A DNA stretch of 64,000 bases from Camelus dromedarius (taxonomy: Eukaryota). Of this stretch, positions 49,546 through 63,120 are shown one piece after another. Both the position numbers and the translations under genes were made by a program. Under the pieces are notes generated by a model that saw nothing but the letters and a program-made list of their open reading frames with translations, was not told the DNA's origin and searched no databases. The DNA lies in the NCBI RefSeq assembly GCF_036321535.1, contig NC_087438.1, forward strand, positions 7,194,001 through 7,258,000, in the 5' to 3' direction. Positions within the stretch are counted from its first letter, which is position 1. Every line of letters starts with the position of its first letter.

Positions 49546-52329
49546 TATATATTTTTATTTGTGTTTATACTTTAAAAAATGAGTTCATAATGATACCTAT
49601 ATTTCCAATCAAACACCTCAGGGTTCTTTCTAGCCTCTCCCCTTTCCATGTTGGTATTTTCTCCAACAGTGGGAAATCTGATCATCATTCTTCAACATAA
49701 TCAATTGTCCAACCACACCAGTCTACTCTCTCTGCCACATGCATGCCTCTCCCTTCAGCCCCCATGTTCTTGCCCACATTACTGTTGCCTCACCACAGGA
49801 ACACAAGAGAAATGGAATAGAAAAGTGGAAGGGAAGGGAAGATGAGAGGGAAGCGGGGATATGAAGGGAAGAGTTTAGTGTTAAGATAATGCCATAAACT
49901 GCCTTCAATAATTTGTTAACATTAATAATGTTATGCTTACAGTAAGGCACTTTGCCTAATTATCATATTTATACTTGGTCCACAGCAATTCTGTGCATCT
50001 GTTCCAAAGTCATGGGTTTCTGCATAAACAAAGCTCACAGTAAAAAGTTGAAGGTTTAATGGTAATGTTAACAGTGTGGCTGCTAATGGCAAACAGGTGA
50101 GGTTTAAAACTTGGAGGCCTGGAGTTGGACAGACTTGTGCTCTAATTTAGTTCCTCTTCTACAAATGGCCAAAAGCAAGTTACTTATCAGCTGTGAGTCT
50201 CAGATGCCTCATCTGTAAAATGGGTATAGTATATACTTCACAAGATTGCTATTAATGTTCACTGGATGTCAAAGGGATTTGGGTTAATTATTGTTATTGT
50301 TAAACTTAGTGCTCAGAAAATTATAGTGTGTCCTCCTACACATCTCCTGTTGCTCATATTATTGCTATATGGAAACTCAGAATTACTAAACTATTGTACC
50401 CTCATGGCACAATAAACACACACACACACAGACACTGGAACCACATGTGTGCTATACCTCTAAATATTTCTTTTGATCCAAATAACTTTTCCTCAGATTG
50501 AAATTCTGTAGGAATTCTAACATAGGTTTCCTTGGATAAAAGTGAGGCAAACGAAAATATTTCTTGACAATCTTGGTGTCCTTGTTTGAAATTAATGAGA
50601 ATTCTAATCATAATGCATATCTATTGTTTTGTCCTCCTGGTTCCTGTGGAAGATGTTTTTTCTGCACTTCAACAGTGTAGTTTAATGGCAGTGTACATGT
50701 TCTTACAGATCCTGATTCTTCAGCATAGTCATTTGGTTTAGGAACAGGCACCTAGCTGGACCAATTAACCGTTCTTCCTTATAAATTGTTAACTTGAGGC
50801 CAGAGATCATCACCCTCAGTCTGCCTGATGACGAAGCTGAAGATATGACCTTGGGAGCTATTAGTGGCCTTGTCTCCAGCCATGTGGAAGAAGCTGGTCT
50901 GACAGCATGAAACTGATGGGCAGGGAAAAGCAGAGCTGAAGGTTGTGGGCAGACAGGGGACTCTGGTTCTAGCAATCCCTGAGGTCCGCTGGACCACCAC
51001 CCTTGTCACAGTTTGTTCATGTGAACTGTGTATTCCTCCCTTTTGCCTACCACCTTAGTTGGGTTCCTGTCTTGGTAACCAAGAGAGGTCTGACTGACTT
51101 ATGTATCTCAAAGGGCTTGTTGTGAGGACTAAGGCCTGACACATAGCAGGGACTCAATAAATGTTGGTTGATTACTCATATTTAACCTCCAAAGGCTGAA
51201 ATGAAAAAAAGGTGCGGCAAATCTCAATTCTAGAAGTAACTTTCCTTTGAGCATCAAAAGGGAAGACACGTGAAGAGAAAAGGATGGAGTTCTCCACCCC
51301 CACCACATACACCACACCCCTCCAATCCTAGCCCAGTTCTACTGCCTGGAGGCTCACACACCTGCCCTGAAATTCAACTAGCACTCCCTTCTGCGAATCT
51401 CAAAGTCTACCTCTCTCAGAATCCTTCTCCCTTTTGCTGTACGACACCTAAGACTGAGTCCGGTGGTCCTGAAAACTGTGCCCCTGGTCTGAGCTTAGTG
51501 AGAAGTGGTCTGCCACAGGCCTTACGGGGGATTTGAGTGGTGTCCTGCTGAGTGGAAGGGATGGGGTTCAGAGAGTGAGCCTCCTTCAGATTCAATTTCT
51601 TGGGAGATAATATAGTCTAAACATACTTGAGGAAAAGCGTAAATATGCTCAGTTCTCAAGGTCATCCCTAGACATCAGTGGGTTTCCGTTATTATGACAA
51701 GAATTTGAATTCTTTCCTGTCTTGGGTAACAGGAGTGACATTGGTCAAATGACTCACATTAGTCTTCAAGGGCTGCTCTCTTTCTGGAGTATTCTATGTC
51801 AGTATTTTTGTCTCTTTCTAGACTGACGAGGCTTGGGGGAGTTGTTCTTCCCAATTCCTTCACTCACACAGATGGAAAAAAGATCGCTAGCATTCTTGAA
51901 TCTATTTCTGCAAGTCATCTGCATATTCTTTAAAATCTGTCATTGGGATTAGAGACATCTTAAATTCTACTCAGGCAAGTCTAAAGTGGCGGCCTTCTGG
52001 CCTGTATTAAACAGTTCATTTAGAGAAAAAGCCAGGGATGATGGTGAGGAAAGGTGGTGTACTGATGGAGGCAGAGCTCTCATCAGGCCAAGGCAATTTA
52101 GCTTTGGCCAGGTAAGCGTCTGTAACTCAGTATATCAAGCCGTGTCAGTATCTGAACCGATTTCCCGTAGAGGCGGATGTTTCAACCTCCAGCCTAAGCA
52201 GTTTACTGAAGTAGTCCTTCCAACCAACTGCGTACGTCTCCCTAGGTGTAATTTTGGTAAAGTTAAGGCTTGCCTTTTCAGTTTCAGTGATAAATTAGTC
52301 CTTTCTCAAAATGTGCATCACAACTGCCC

Positions 52330-53600
52330 GCGTGCGGAACAAAAATGCACATTCCTCGACACGCGGCCACGGAATGTCGGGGCGGGGGGAGGTGGGTGCA
52401 GAACTCGTATTTTCACAGGCGCCCAGGTAATTCTTCGGCCCTGAGACCTGCCTTTGCAGTGCACCGCAGCCCGGCCGGCGCTGGGCTCGCCGCCCCGCCG
52501 TCAGGCGCTCGCTCACGCTGCTCGCCTCCCTCGGCTCTGAGCCTTCTTTGTGGCCTCCCTCGGTGTCACCAGAGTTCAGCTCCTACTAAGGTTTCAGCCT
52601 CGCTGCCTCGTGCAGCCCTCGGGACAAGGTCCAGGTGGCCCGACGTCCATAGGGGTACCCACCCGGGTTCCAGGAAAGGCCCACACCGCCCCCCGCAGCC
52701 GCCGACTCCCGAGCGTGCGCGCCGCGGCCACTGCCGGAAGTGACGGCACCTGTCGTTGGGTCGCTCCACCCCTTCCGCCTCCGCGCCCCGCCCAGGCCTC
52801 TCCCCACCGCTCTCCCCGCCCCTCCCCCCCGCCCGCTTTCAGTCAGCCTCTCTCCCTCTCCCTCTCCCCTTCTCTCCTTCCTGTCGCTTCCTCTCTCGCA
52901 CCTGAGCTCACGCACCTGCCTGGGCCCAGCTCCGCTCCCTCCTCCCTCCTCCCCTTCCCTCCCTCCCTCCCCGCCCCGGCCGGAAGGCTCCGGCTTTGGC
53001 CGCGGAAGCCTCGCGGCTGCGTCACCGCCGCCCCCCCAGACAAGATGGACACCGCCGAGGAAGGTAAGTCGGCGGCGCCCGCGCCCTTGCTCCGGCGCCG
53101 GGGTTCGGGCCGGGCCCGCGCCGGGTCCGCGGCGCTCGAGGCGGGCGGCGGAGCCGGGGTGGTGCGGCGGGGGCGCCCCTGCTCGGTGCGGGGGCGCGCG
53201 GTGACAGCGGCGGGACTCGGCGGGGGGGGGATCGCGGCGGGGTCGGCTCCCGGGCCGTTTGCCCGCCAAGCCGCCGGCGCGAGGGGCGGCGGGGAGCAGA
53301 AGGTGACCCCTCGGCACCCCGCGCCGTTTCCCGCCCGCGCACGCGTTGGGCAGGGGGCGCAGGGGCTGCGGTGGCCGCGGCCGGCGGGGCTCCCCGCCCC
53401 CTCCATCCCGCCAATCCCGGGGAGGGGGACGGTGCCGTCGTAGCTGCACGAAGTCTGGGGGCGTTTTCCCCACCCTTCCCCCACTAGGTTTTGTCTTTCT
53501 TTATGTCGTTTTGCCCATCGCTACCCAGGCCCTACGATTTCACGACAAAACTTCTTTGTTGACTCTGAAACTTCGCGAAAAATACCCCGCCAGGTGACGA
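52330..53600 (+). promoter_or_regulatory. MARCHF6: MARCHF6 CpG-island promoter / 5' UTR
   Basis: Large CpG island around the MDTAEE exon; ETS-CRE composite CCGGAAGTGACG 52734-52745; NRF1-like GCGTGCGC 52713-52720; several CCGCCC GC boxes. Confidence 0.9.
53045..53063 (+). CDS. MARCHF6: MARCHF6 (MARCH6/TEB4, ER RING-CH E3 ubiquitin ligase) exon 1 coding part, 19 nt
   Basis: CAAG-ATG GAC ACC GCC GAG GAA G|gtaagt gives MDTAEE plus a phase-1 consensus donor. It matches the MARCHF6 N-terminus and the known CMBL-MARCHF6 neighbourhood. The RING exon (DICRVCR...) was not found in the window. Confidence 0.93.
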
Positions 53601-55831
53601 CCGAGTGGAGTGAACTGACCCCTGTTTAAAAACTTACCCTCTGCTTGCGTGCCCCAAAATAATTTATTTACTGAACGAGGAAGAGGAAGATCCAACGAGG
53701 TTATTCGAAGAAGGGAGGCCCTTTAGAATTCTTTTGTTTTGCTCTAGTGGTTTATTTTGTGCTTAATCCCTGACAATAAGAAGCAGAGTTTTGCGTGTTT
53801 GTTTTGTTCTTTGAGTGCGTATGTTTTGGATATGGCTGTTTTGAAACAAGCTCTTGTAAACTGAATATATACTTTAATACATAACTGAACATCTATGACT
53901 ATTGAAATGCATTTGCTTATCCAGTGGAGGTAGTTGGGTTGTTTTTAAGCAGTTTTATCTTTTTAGAGACTGTCGATTAATTTAGTAAGTCTGTAGAGGA
54001 AATTACTATTCTGTTTCTTGATGTGTTTGGTTATCAGTGAAGATACGTTTATGCTTTGGGTATATTATGTGGGGATATGATAAGCGTCTTTCAGCCTTAT
54101 GCATTGTGATTGTGGTGATTTTTAGATGAAGACAATTGGGGACTGTCGTGGCATGTAATAACGAGTGATAAAAAAAATTTGATGTGTATATATATAATGA
54201 GTGGAAAGAATCAATTATTTTTTTTAAAGAAGTTTTGCCTTCTATAATAACCAGCTGTAATGTCATTTGCATGTTATACTTGACAGTTCACAAAGCATAT
54301 TTACATGTCTTCACGTTGACCTTACTAAAAGCCCTATGGAATAGGTGGGTATTATTTTACAGATGTGGAAGTTCAGGCTTAGTTATTTTAATGGCTTGTC
54401 CAAGTTTCACACCCGAGTAAAAGACAGATTTGAACCTGGGTATTCTGATAACAAATAGTTTTCCTTTCATTATGTCTCAGTTGTTTTTATTATATACAGT
54501 GAGTGAAGATAATCGCCAACAGACACTCCTTTGGAAAAAATAATAAAGTGAAGCTGCTGAGGTGGTTAGGAATTACTTTCTTTTGACAGATGGCCCTAGT
54601 GTGTAAATTTCCATCTACGTGGATGGATTCAGATTTTAATGACTTACTGTAGTAAGGCATGCATTCATTTATTTATCACTTGATATGTACTGTTATGTTT
54701 TATTAAATTCCTGTTATTTGAGCCTGGGCACTTAGTGCTTGCATACATTTATGGTGTGATAGTGGTAATTCAGAAATTGCAGGATCTCAAAGTTTATGTG
54801 GAATCATTAAAGGAGTATTTTCAGTGTGCTTCTAGTTCACTTTTTTCCTTGTAAAATTATAATCAGTGTGAGATATAAATGATATTTCTTTGTTGACTTG
54901 AACACTATTCTTTATTGAAGTAACTGACATTTACTGAGGACTTGATGTATGGCAAGTACTTTACCAAACACTTCATTCACATCTCATTTAATTCTCCTAA
55001 CACTTTTAGGTGGGCAGTATTCCTTTTTTACAGATGAGGAAACTGAGGGTTAATATGATTAAGTAACTTACCCAAGGTCATACAGGTAACATGTCAGAGG
55101 CAAGATTCAAACTCAGGTCTGTCAGACTTCCTTAGTTAAATTAGATTTTTATAAGTAGATACCTGTGTCCAATATTGAGATAACTATATTTTTCTCACTC
55201 ATTTTATAAGATGAATCATTTATATAATTCGACAAAACTTTATTTTTCATTTGTTTTATGACACTATTAGTCATGAAATGAAAGTGGATTTTAATACTTC
55301 TCATGCATAATTTTGCATAATTCCAACTTGGAAGTCTCCTGAAATTTTCACAATTAATGTAAATTTAGCTTGAAAAAATGCTGGAAGGAAAGGGAGGATT
55401 AAAGATTTAATGATAAAAATGATACAGTGAAAATACCAAAAAACTTGGAAACAACTTCTGTTTGTTAAATGAGCTATTCCAGATAATATCTTAAATTAAA
55501 AAAAATGCAATTGGGTTTTTATCTGGTTATGAAAGAAACATTTAAAAAAATTTTTTTGAAGTGTTACTAAAATATCAACCTGCAAATAGTGTTAACATTT
55601 CCATCTCCTTAAAAATAGCATGTTTCTTTCCTCTAATGTTACCATATATGATGGTATAGTGCTTAGAATGTTTCACATTTATAGTAGACAATACTGATTT
55701 GTTAGAAAATGGTTACTTGCCAGATGAATTTTGACTTTTCATGTTGTGTTTGCTAGATATTAAAGATCTCTAAAGTGTTCGGTGTATTAAATTTTATTTT
55801 TGTAAAGTTACCAGATAATCTGTCCTCAGTA

Positions 55832-57745
55832 CAGGCATAGGTTGTTTTATTGTGCTTCACTTTTTGAGCTTTGCTGGTATTGATTGTTTACAAATTGAGT
55901 TTGTGGCAACCTTGTATCAAGCAAGTCTGTAGGTGGCATTTTTCCAAAAGCATTTGCTCACTTCTTGTCTCAGTGTCCCATTTTGGTAATTCTCTCGATA
56001 TTTCAAGCTTTTTCATTATTATTATATTTGTTATGATAATCTGTGATGTTACTATTGTAATTGTTTTGGGGCACCTGAACTTTGCCCACAAAGACAGAAG
56101 ACTTGACAGATAAATGTGTGTATTCTGACTCCTCCACCAATCCCTGTTCCCATCTTTTTCTCTTTCCTTGGCCAGCCCCCTCCCCCTCAGGCCTTGAAAC
56201 ACAACAATATTGAAATTAGGCCATTTAATAACTCTACAATGGTCTCCGAGTGTTCAAGTGAAAGGAGGAGTCATGTGTCTCTCACTTTTAATCAAAAACT
56301 AGAAATTAAGCTTAGTGAGGAATGCACGTAGAAATTCGAGATAGGCTGAAAGCTAGGCCTCTTGCGCCAGTTAGCCAGGTTGTGGATGCAAAGGAAAAGT
56401 TTCTGAAGAAAATGGAAGTGCTATTTCAGTGAACCCACGATGATAAGAAAGAGAAACAGCCTTGGTGCTGATGGGGAGAAAGTTTTAGTAGTCTAGAGAG
56501 ACACTCATACCAGCCACAACACTCCCTAAAGCCAAAGCCTAATCCAGAGCTGGGGTCTAACTCTTCAGTTCTGTGAAGGCTGAGAAAATTGAGGAAGCTG
56601 CGGAAGAGTTTGAAGCTAGCAGAGGTTGGTTCATGAGGTTTAAGGAAAGGAGTTGTCTCCATAATACCAGAGTACAAAGTGAAGCAGCAAGTACTGATGT
56701 GGAAGGTGAATCAAGTTATCCAGAAGATCTAGCTAAGATAATTAATGAAGGTGGCTACACTGAACAACAGATTTTCAGTGTGGATGGATGGAACAGCCTT
56801 GTATGGGAGGAAGATACCATCTAGGACTTCCATAGCTAGAGAGGAGAAGTCAGTGCCTGGCTTCAGAGCTTCAAAGGACAGGCTGACTCTTGTTGGGGCT
56901 AATGTAGGTGGTGACTTGAAATTGAAATCACTGGTCATTTACCATTCTGAAAATCCTAGGGCTCTTAAGAATTATCCTAATTAATTATGCCTGTGTTCTA
57001 TACATGGAACAACAAAGCCTAGATGACAGCATGGTTTGTTGAATATTTTAAGCCCATTGCTGAGGCCTACAGCTCAGAAGAAAACATTCCTTTCAAAATA
57101 TTACTGCTTATTGACAATGTCCCTGGTCACCCAACAGCTCTGATGGAGGTGGTACGAGATAAATGTTGTTTTCATGCCTGCTAACACAACATACATTCTG
57201 TAGCCCATGGATCAAGAAGTAATTTTGATTTTCAAGTCTTACTATTTAAGAAATACATTCCATAAGACTATAGCTGCCATAGATAATAATTCCTTTGAGA
57301 GATCTAGACAAAGTAAATTGAAAACATTCTAGAAAGGATTCACCATTCTAGATGCCATTAAGAACATTTGTGATTCATGGAAAGAGGTAAAAATATCAAC
57401 ATTAACGGGAGTTTGGGAGAAGTTGATTCCAACCCTCCTGGATGACTTTGAGGAATTCAAGACTTCAGTGGAGGAAGCAACTGCAGATGTGGTGCAAATA
57501 GCAAGAAAACTAGAATTAGTAGTGGAGCCTGAAGATAAGACTGAATTCTGTAATCTCACTATAAAACTGTAACAGATGGGGTAATGGGTGAACAAAGAAA
57601 GTGGTTTTTTGAGACCGAATCTACTCCTGGTGAAGATTCTATGAAGGATGTTGAAATGACAACGAAGCATTTAGAATATTATGTAAATTTAGTTGATAAA
57701 GCAGAGTTTGAGAGGATTAACTCCAATTTTGAAAGAAGTTCTGTT
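55832..57745 (+). mobile_element. Tigger1 (TcMar/pogo) DNA transposon, decayed and 3'-truncated
   Basis: TA followed by the CAGGCATA terminus at 55832. Broken transposase fragments: [79 protein letters not shown]. Many stops and frameshifts; no right TIR seen. Confidence 0.92.
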
Positions 57746-58809
57746 ATGTAATTCCTTACCAAATCTTTAAACTTTAGAGCCTGAGGAGATCTTGGATATG
57801 CAGGTTCCTCATCTGATCCTGCAGTGCACTGAAATTTTTCAGTTAAAAAAAAAATCTGTCCTTTGTTCAGGGATATACATTTTTTTTTAAAAAAACTAAA
57901 AGCACTGCACTGTTGGAATAGATGTTGCAAGCAAGTTTTGTTGTATGAAGCCCCCATTAAGATATTAAACATTTTGCCGGAGTAGAGTGCTCTAATTTCG
58001 ACCTAGTGATACATAGAGCTTTTTTCTCTTCCATTTTTCTAAATTACTGCTCACACTAGCAGAACATAATATAACATTTTATCAGCATTTTTTTATGGAC
58101 TGCAAAAGTAGTTGTTCTTTATGCTTTATGAATCATACTCATTGGGAAGGGATGAAGCCGAAGTGTATTGCAGTTGATCATGTTCTGTATCTACTATGGC
58201 AAAACCTTGAGGTGATTTAGATTTGGAGTTAAAAGGATGGGAAGTTGCAGAACAAGGCAGCTAGCTCCTATCTTTCTAGAACCACATTGTCTTTCATTTC
58301 TGCTTCCAGTAATGTCTGCTTCATTCTTCTTACCATATATCAACCTTCACTGCTTTGGCATGCTTATGGCCAAGTGTGCATGCACTTATTTGACACGTGT
58401 TTATTGAGCACCTGTTATGAGCCGGGCACTATTTTATACACTTAGACTAGGCTGGTAACAAAATAGACAAAATCCCTTCTTTCATTAGCCTACATTCTTA
58501 TTTTTGGCTTGGTAGAGGAGGAAGGGAAGACAGAAAATAAACGTAATAAATTATATGGCATGACTAGACGGTTATCAGTGTGTGGAGAACAGTCAGTGGG
58601 GAGGGAAGAAGGAGATGGGTAAGAGACGGATGGGATGAAGGAGGATTACAGGGAGGCATGAGTTAATTTTGGTGGTGATGGAAATGTTCATTATTTTGAT
58701 TGTGGTGACGGTTTTACCAATGTCAAGCTTATTAAGTGCTAATCCTTTTAAGTAAGTGTTTTATTTTATGTCAGTTATTCCTCAGTAAAGCTGTTTTTTA
58801 AAAGTCCAC

Positions 58810-59270
58810 TATCTTTTACTCTTGCACGGTTTTGTAACATAATATATTGATCATTTGGTAGCTATTGGATCAAGTTATCCAGATCTTCCAAACATTGACA
58901 CGTTTTCCTGGGTGACATAAAAGCTCACGTTCATTAACATCACCACTTGTTTCAAAAAGGCTTTAGGTATTGGGGCAGTTCTCATGTGTATTGTGGATAC
59001 AATTTTCCTAAAATCCTAATTTTTGCTTGAAGTTTTTATTTTTATCATTGGTAGCAAATAGTGTCAGTTGTTTTCCTTGGTTCTCAGGCTTACTTCATTC
59101 TTTCATGACAAAATGTCTGCCAAGTACCCAAATCTGTCTAAATAACTGCTGTTTGTCAGTTTTTTTTTTCCATAGTAAAAATGGTGGCTCATAGGGGAAA
59201 AAAGCAGGTTGTTCAGCTAATAACTCCAAAGAATAATACGAGTCCTTTTTCTTGAGACAGCTATTGCTGT
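58810..59270. mobile_element. Old hAT DNA transposon fragment (Arthur1-like)
   Basis: gatcttccaaacattgacac...cattaacatcaccac...gtggatacaattttcc resembles the recalled consensus. Confidence 0.45.
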
Positions 59271-60634
59271 TGAGCCTGAGTCCAGGAGTAAGCCCACACT
59301 CCCTGTATTTTTCAGTTCTAAAATTTCCACTTGGTTCTTCAGATCTTTTTTTCCTTTGCACTCTGCATCCAGTGAGGAGGCAGAAAACACACAGGAATTT
59401 AACTGGAGGAAGAATTACTAAGCTATGATAAGAGAATAATTATAAAGATGTAAAGACTACTGTCAAGGGTACCCTGGGCATGAAGGAAAGTATCCAGGTA
59501 GGGACAAACTTGGAAGGGCTGGGGCCCTCCTGCAGCTGTGGTTCAGACCTCATTGGAGAGGCATGGAATTGTCCAAGCCAGAGGTGGTCCACAGTTTGTG
59601 GGTGAGCAGGAGACAGCCCTCCAGTGTGTGTGCGCAAGAGAGCCAGGGTTGGTGGTGGCCCTACAGAGAGAGTTGGAGTGCCACTGTGGGTGCAGGGCCT
59701 GAAGTTTGTTGGGGTCTTATCTGTAGGGCTGTGGGTGACAGCAGCAGGAGCAGGAAAGCTCCAGTCCTCCTGCGTTGTCCCTCCAGCACCCTCTACTGAC
59801 AAATGTGTTTTTAAAAACTGTTTTAAAGAGTTTAGTCTTTTATCACTGATCAGGTGATGCTGAGGGATACATTTGGAGCTGAGAGGAAACGCACTGATAC
59901 TTGGCACACTCCTGCTGAAACTTGGAGCTGCTGCCCCTGCTGCTGAACCTGCATTTGCCCACGGCTGCTGGCAGGATCCCTGCTGTGAACTCTGTAACCA
60001 CTGCAGGGGCCTGGGGTACCTGCAGCTAGCTGCCGCTGCTGTTTTTAGAGCCAGAAGTAGAAAATGGCTTTACGTGTTCCCTCCATCTTCTAATTCCACA
60101 GAAATGCTTCTCTTTGACAGAATGTAACTCAAGCCCAGTGAGGAAGGAACTTGTAGTTTTCAGGCTTCCAGAAGCAACAGTACAGATGAATGTTGGTTTT
60201 GTAATGGTCAGTAATCCTGGGAGAGAAGAAATAACTAACATTTGGGATACATGGAGAATTGGAACTTTAAATCTATTTTGCAAGGCCTAATTACCAAATC
60301 CACATTTAAAAAAAAACAGGTATACTTTTACAGTCAAAAAGGAAGTGTTTTCCACAAAATTTTAGCAGTTAAAATTTTTTTATCTGGTAGTTGTAAAAGT
60401 AGTAGAAACACTAGGAACTTTGGAAAAAGAGTGGAAGAAAATCACCCATATTCTCATCTAACCAATTGCAACAGCTATCATTTTTTGTGCTTTTGCTTTT
60501 AGGCTATTTTGGGGTTTTTACTGAAATAGTTGGAAGTACAGTGCGTGTTCATTTTTTATTTCTGCTTTGTTTACTTAACATTATGCATTTTTCCATATTG
60601 CCATATAGGTGTTATATTTGCTTTTTTGTTTGTT

Positions 60635-60752
60635 TGGAGGGGGGAGGTAATTAGATTTATTTATTTATTTTTAGAGGAGGTGCTAAGGATTGAACCCAGG
60701 ACCTCATGCATGCTAAGCATGTGCTCTACCACTTGAGCTATACTTTCCCCCC
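60635..60752 (-). mobile_element. tRNA-derived SINE (Vic-1-like)
   Basis: ggtaattagatttatttatt...gattgaacccaggacctcatgcatgctaagcatgtgctctaccac. Confidence 0.85.
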
Positions 60753-62215
60753 ATATTTGCTATTTTTAAGGGACTATATAAATTCCATGTGGTGAATGTA
60801 CCACAGTTTATGTAGCCACTTTCCTGGTTTTGGCTAGGCAGGTTATCCACTGATATTTTGAGTAGTACTTTTCAATAATACATTTTTTAATATTTGCCTT
60901 CTGTAATCATAGCTACTAATTATAAAATTTTTGTTGATAATCAGATATTAAAAATCCCTTGTTACTTCAACCAGGTGAATCGAAGTCAACATTAACAGTC
61001 AAATCATGTTGGTAGTATGTACCGTTGATAGTATGTGATGAAATGGCACTTACCTAGTTGATTTTCCTCCCTAAAACCCATAGCCCCACTCTAATCATGA
61101 GCAAAACCATCAAATTTTGGTAGAACGGCATCCTGCAATACTACTTGAAATGATCAAAGTCATCAAAAACCAGGAAAGTCTGAGAAACTGCCAGAGCCAA
61201 GAGGAGCCTAAGGAGACATGACAACTAAATGTAATGTGGATTCTGAAACAGAAGAATGACACTAGATAAAGGTCAAGGAAATCTGAATAAACTGTTGGCT
61301 TTGGTTACTGATAATGTGTCAGTATGGGTTCATTAAGTATAACACAAGTACCAGCTCATGTAAGATGGTGCTTGTGGACCTGGGAGCACCGTACTGTCTT
61401 CTCACACTTTGCATAAATGTAATCTGCTCTAAAAAATAAAACGCATTAAACCCTTTGCTTGTTAAATTATCACTGGTTTATCACGAGAGGGAAAATGGAA
61501 ACATTTTGAAATCTTATGTGAAAGAACTTTCAAGATAGACATTGGCTTAAGCATTAGGATGTACCCAAAGCTTTTAGAGTTATTTTTCATTTTTTCTCAT
61601 ATTAGATACTTAGAATATATTTGGTGAACTGTATTGTTTTCCTAAAAAACCTGATGGGATGGGCTAGCCCTAAAGGGGTGCTGATTTCCACAGCTGGCAC
61701 CAGCTTGATAACCCCTCACACTGGTGGGTTTTTCCCCCTCTCTCTCACCTTCTGGACTGTCTCCTTACTCACTCACTAAGATTTTTCATTCAAAAAACTT
61801 CACTGAGCTAGGCACTGTGCTAGAAACTTTTAAAAGGTATGCTTTGTGAAGATACTAAGTAGTCACATAAAACAACAAAAGTTGCTGCAGGATTTAACAG
61901 AAGAAATTTGTCTTTGAAAACCAGGAAGAGCTTTGCCTTATTGTTCTAGGTAGGTTTGCGTTCATAACCAGCAAAGTGCATTGATTTTACTTTGGCCTGA
62001 GTAAGATTTGTAATTTTACTGCATGTGAATTTGGTGGGAGTCTTACTCCACCACAGAATGTTTTTTCATTTTTAGTGCAGAGCCTGGGGCTGTGCCTTTT
62101 ATAGCCTTCACTCTCCTTTTGTACCCCTAGCCTTGTTGTTCTGAGGTTTTCAGTGTTTGGATTTATCCTAGTAAACAAAACATTATTCTTTCTTTGACGT
62201 TTTTGTTTTCTTTTT

Positions 62216-62658
62216 CCCATTGAGGCATTGTATTGGCATATATTTATACATCCCTAGAAAAAGAATTCCAGGATTTTCTCTCCTATATGTTTTTATCTTG
62301 TTTCTTCCTGGTCCTTGATGCCAGCTCAGGTTGTCAGTACAATGAAACCAAACTAACAGAAGGGAAGCAGGTTACTTTGCCATTTTTCTAGATTTTTGAG
62401 TTGCCCTTCAAATCATGGTTTTTAACTTGCCTGTGAGGTTCATAATAATTTTCCCAGCTCTGTGATCATCCATGATTTGAAATTGACCAGTGTAACCATG
62501 CTTCATCATTACAGTTAGAAAGCAGATGATGACTTTGGAGCATGGCTTGGTAAGAACCTGGCATTTGCCTCTCTTTTCAGCATTGTTAATGCTCTTGAGA
62601 GCATCCGGCACATCATTCCATCAGTGTTAACAGTAGCACGGAAAGATGGTGGAAAGAG
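62216..62658 (-). pseudogene. RPS15A: Processed RPS15A (uS8) pseudogene in MARCHF6 intron 1
   Basis: Intronless and reads [46 protein letters not shown]. The start region is degraded, there is a frameshifting deletion near 62420 and an in-frame TAG near 62353. It retains the 5' TOP leader ctctttccaccatctttcc, the 3' UTR and a degenerate poly(A). Candidate TSD tttctttgac at 62189-62198 and 62660-62669. Confidence 0.95.
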
Positions 62659-63079
62659 TTTTCTTTGACTTTCTATGTTAGTGGTAGTTGTGCTTGGTTT
62701 TTTTTTTTAAATTGTTATTTGTTTTTTGTTGTTTTAAATCATTTTATTGAGGTATGATTGACATGTAAAAAAGATATGTATGTATATATTATGTATACAT
62801 CTTAATAAGTTTGGGGATAAGTGTACATTCATCAAACCAAGGCCATAGACATATCCATCACCTCCTGAAGTTTCCTCCTGTCCCCTTTGTTACTTGTCTG
62901 TGTAGTAAGAACACTTAAAATTTTCTGAGAGTAGATCCTCTGTGAAGTGTATAATACAAAGCATTGTTAGCTGTAGACATTATGCTGAATAATAGATCTC
63001 CAGAGCTTTCTTATCTTATGCGATGGGAACTTTCTAACCTTTGAACATCACCTCCCCTTTTCCTTTTCACCCCAGCTCC

Positions 63080-63083
<4 letters not shown>

Positions 63084-63118
<35 letters not shown>
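63084..63118. repeat. (GT)n microsatellite
   Basis: Direct read. Confidence 0.95.

Positions 63119-63120
<2 letters not shown>

Noticed and set aside
52550..53484. Long overlapping ORFs (297, 295 and 213 aa) over the MARCHF6 island
   Set aside because: Low-complexity P/A/G/R products open on both strands because GC-rich DNA lacks stops; only MDTAEE before the donor at 53064 is supported
56116..57670. Possible domesticated TIGD1-like transposase gene
   Set aside because: The reading frame is broken into many short pieces by stops and frameshifts; an ordinary decayed Tigger1
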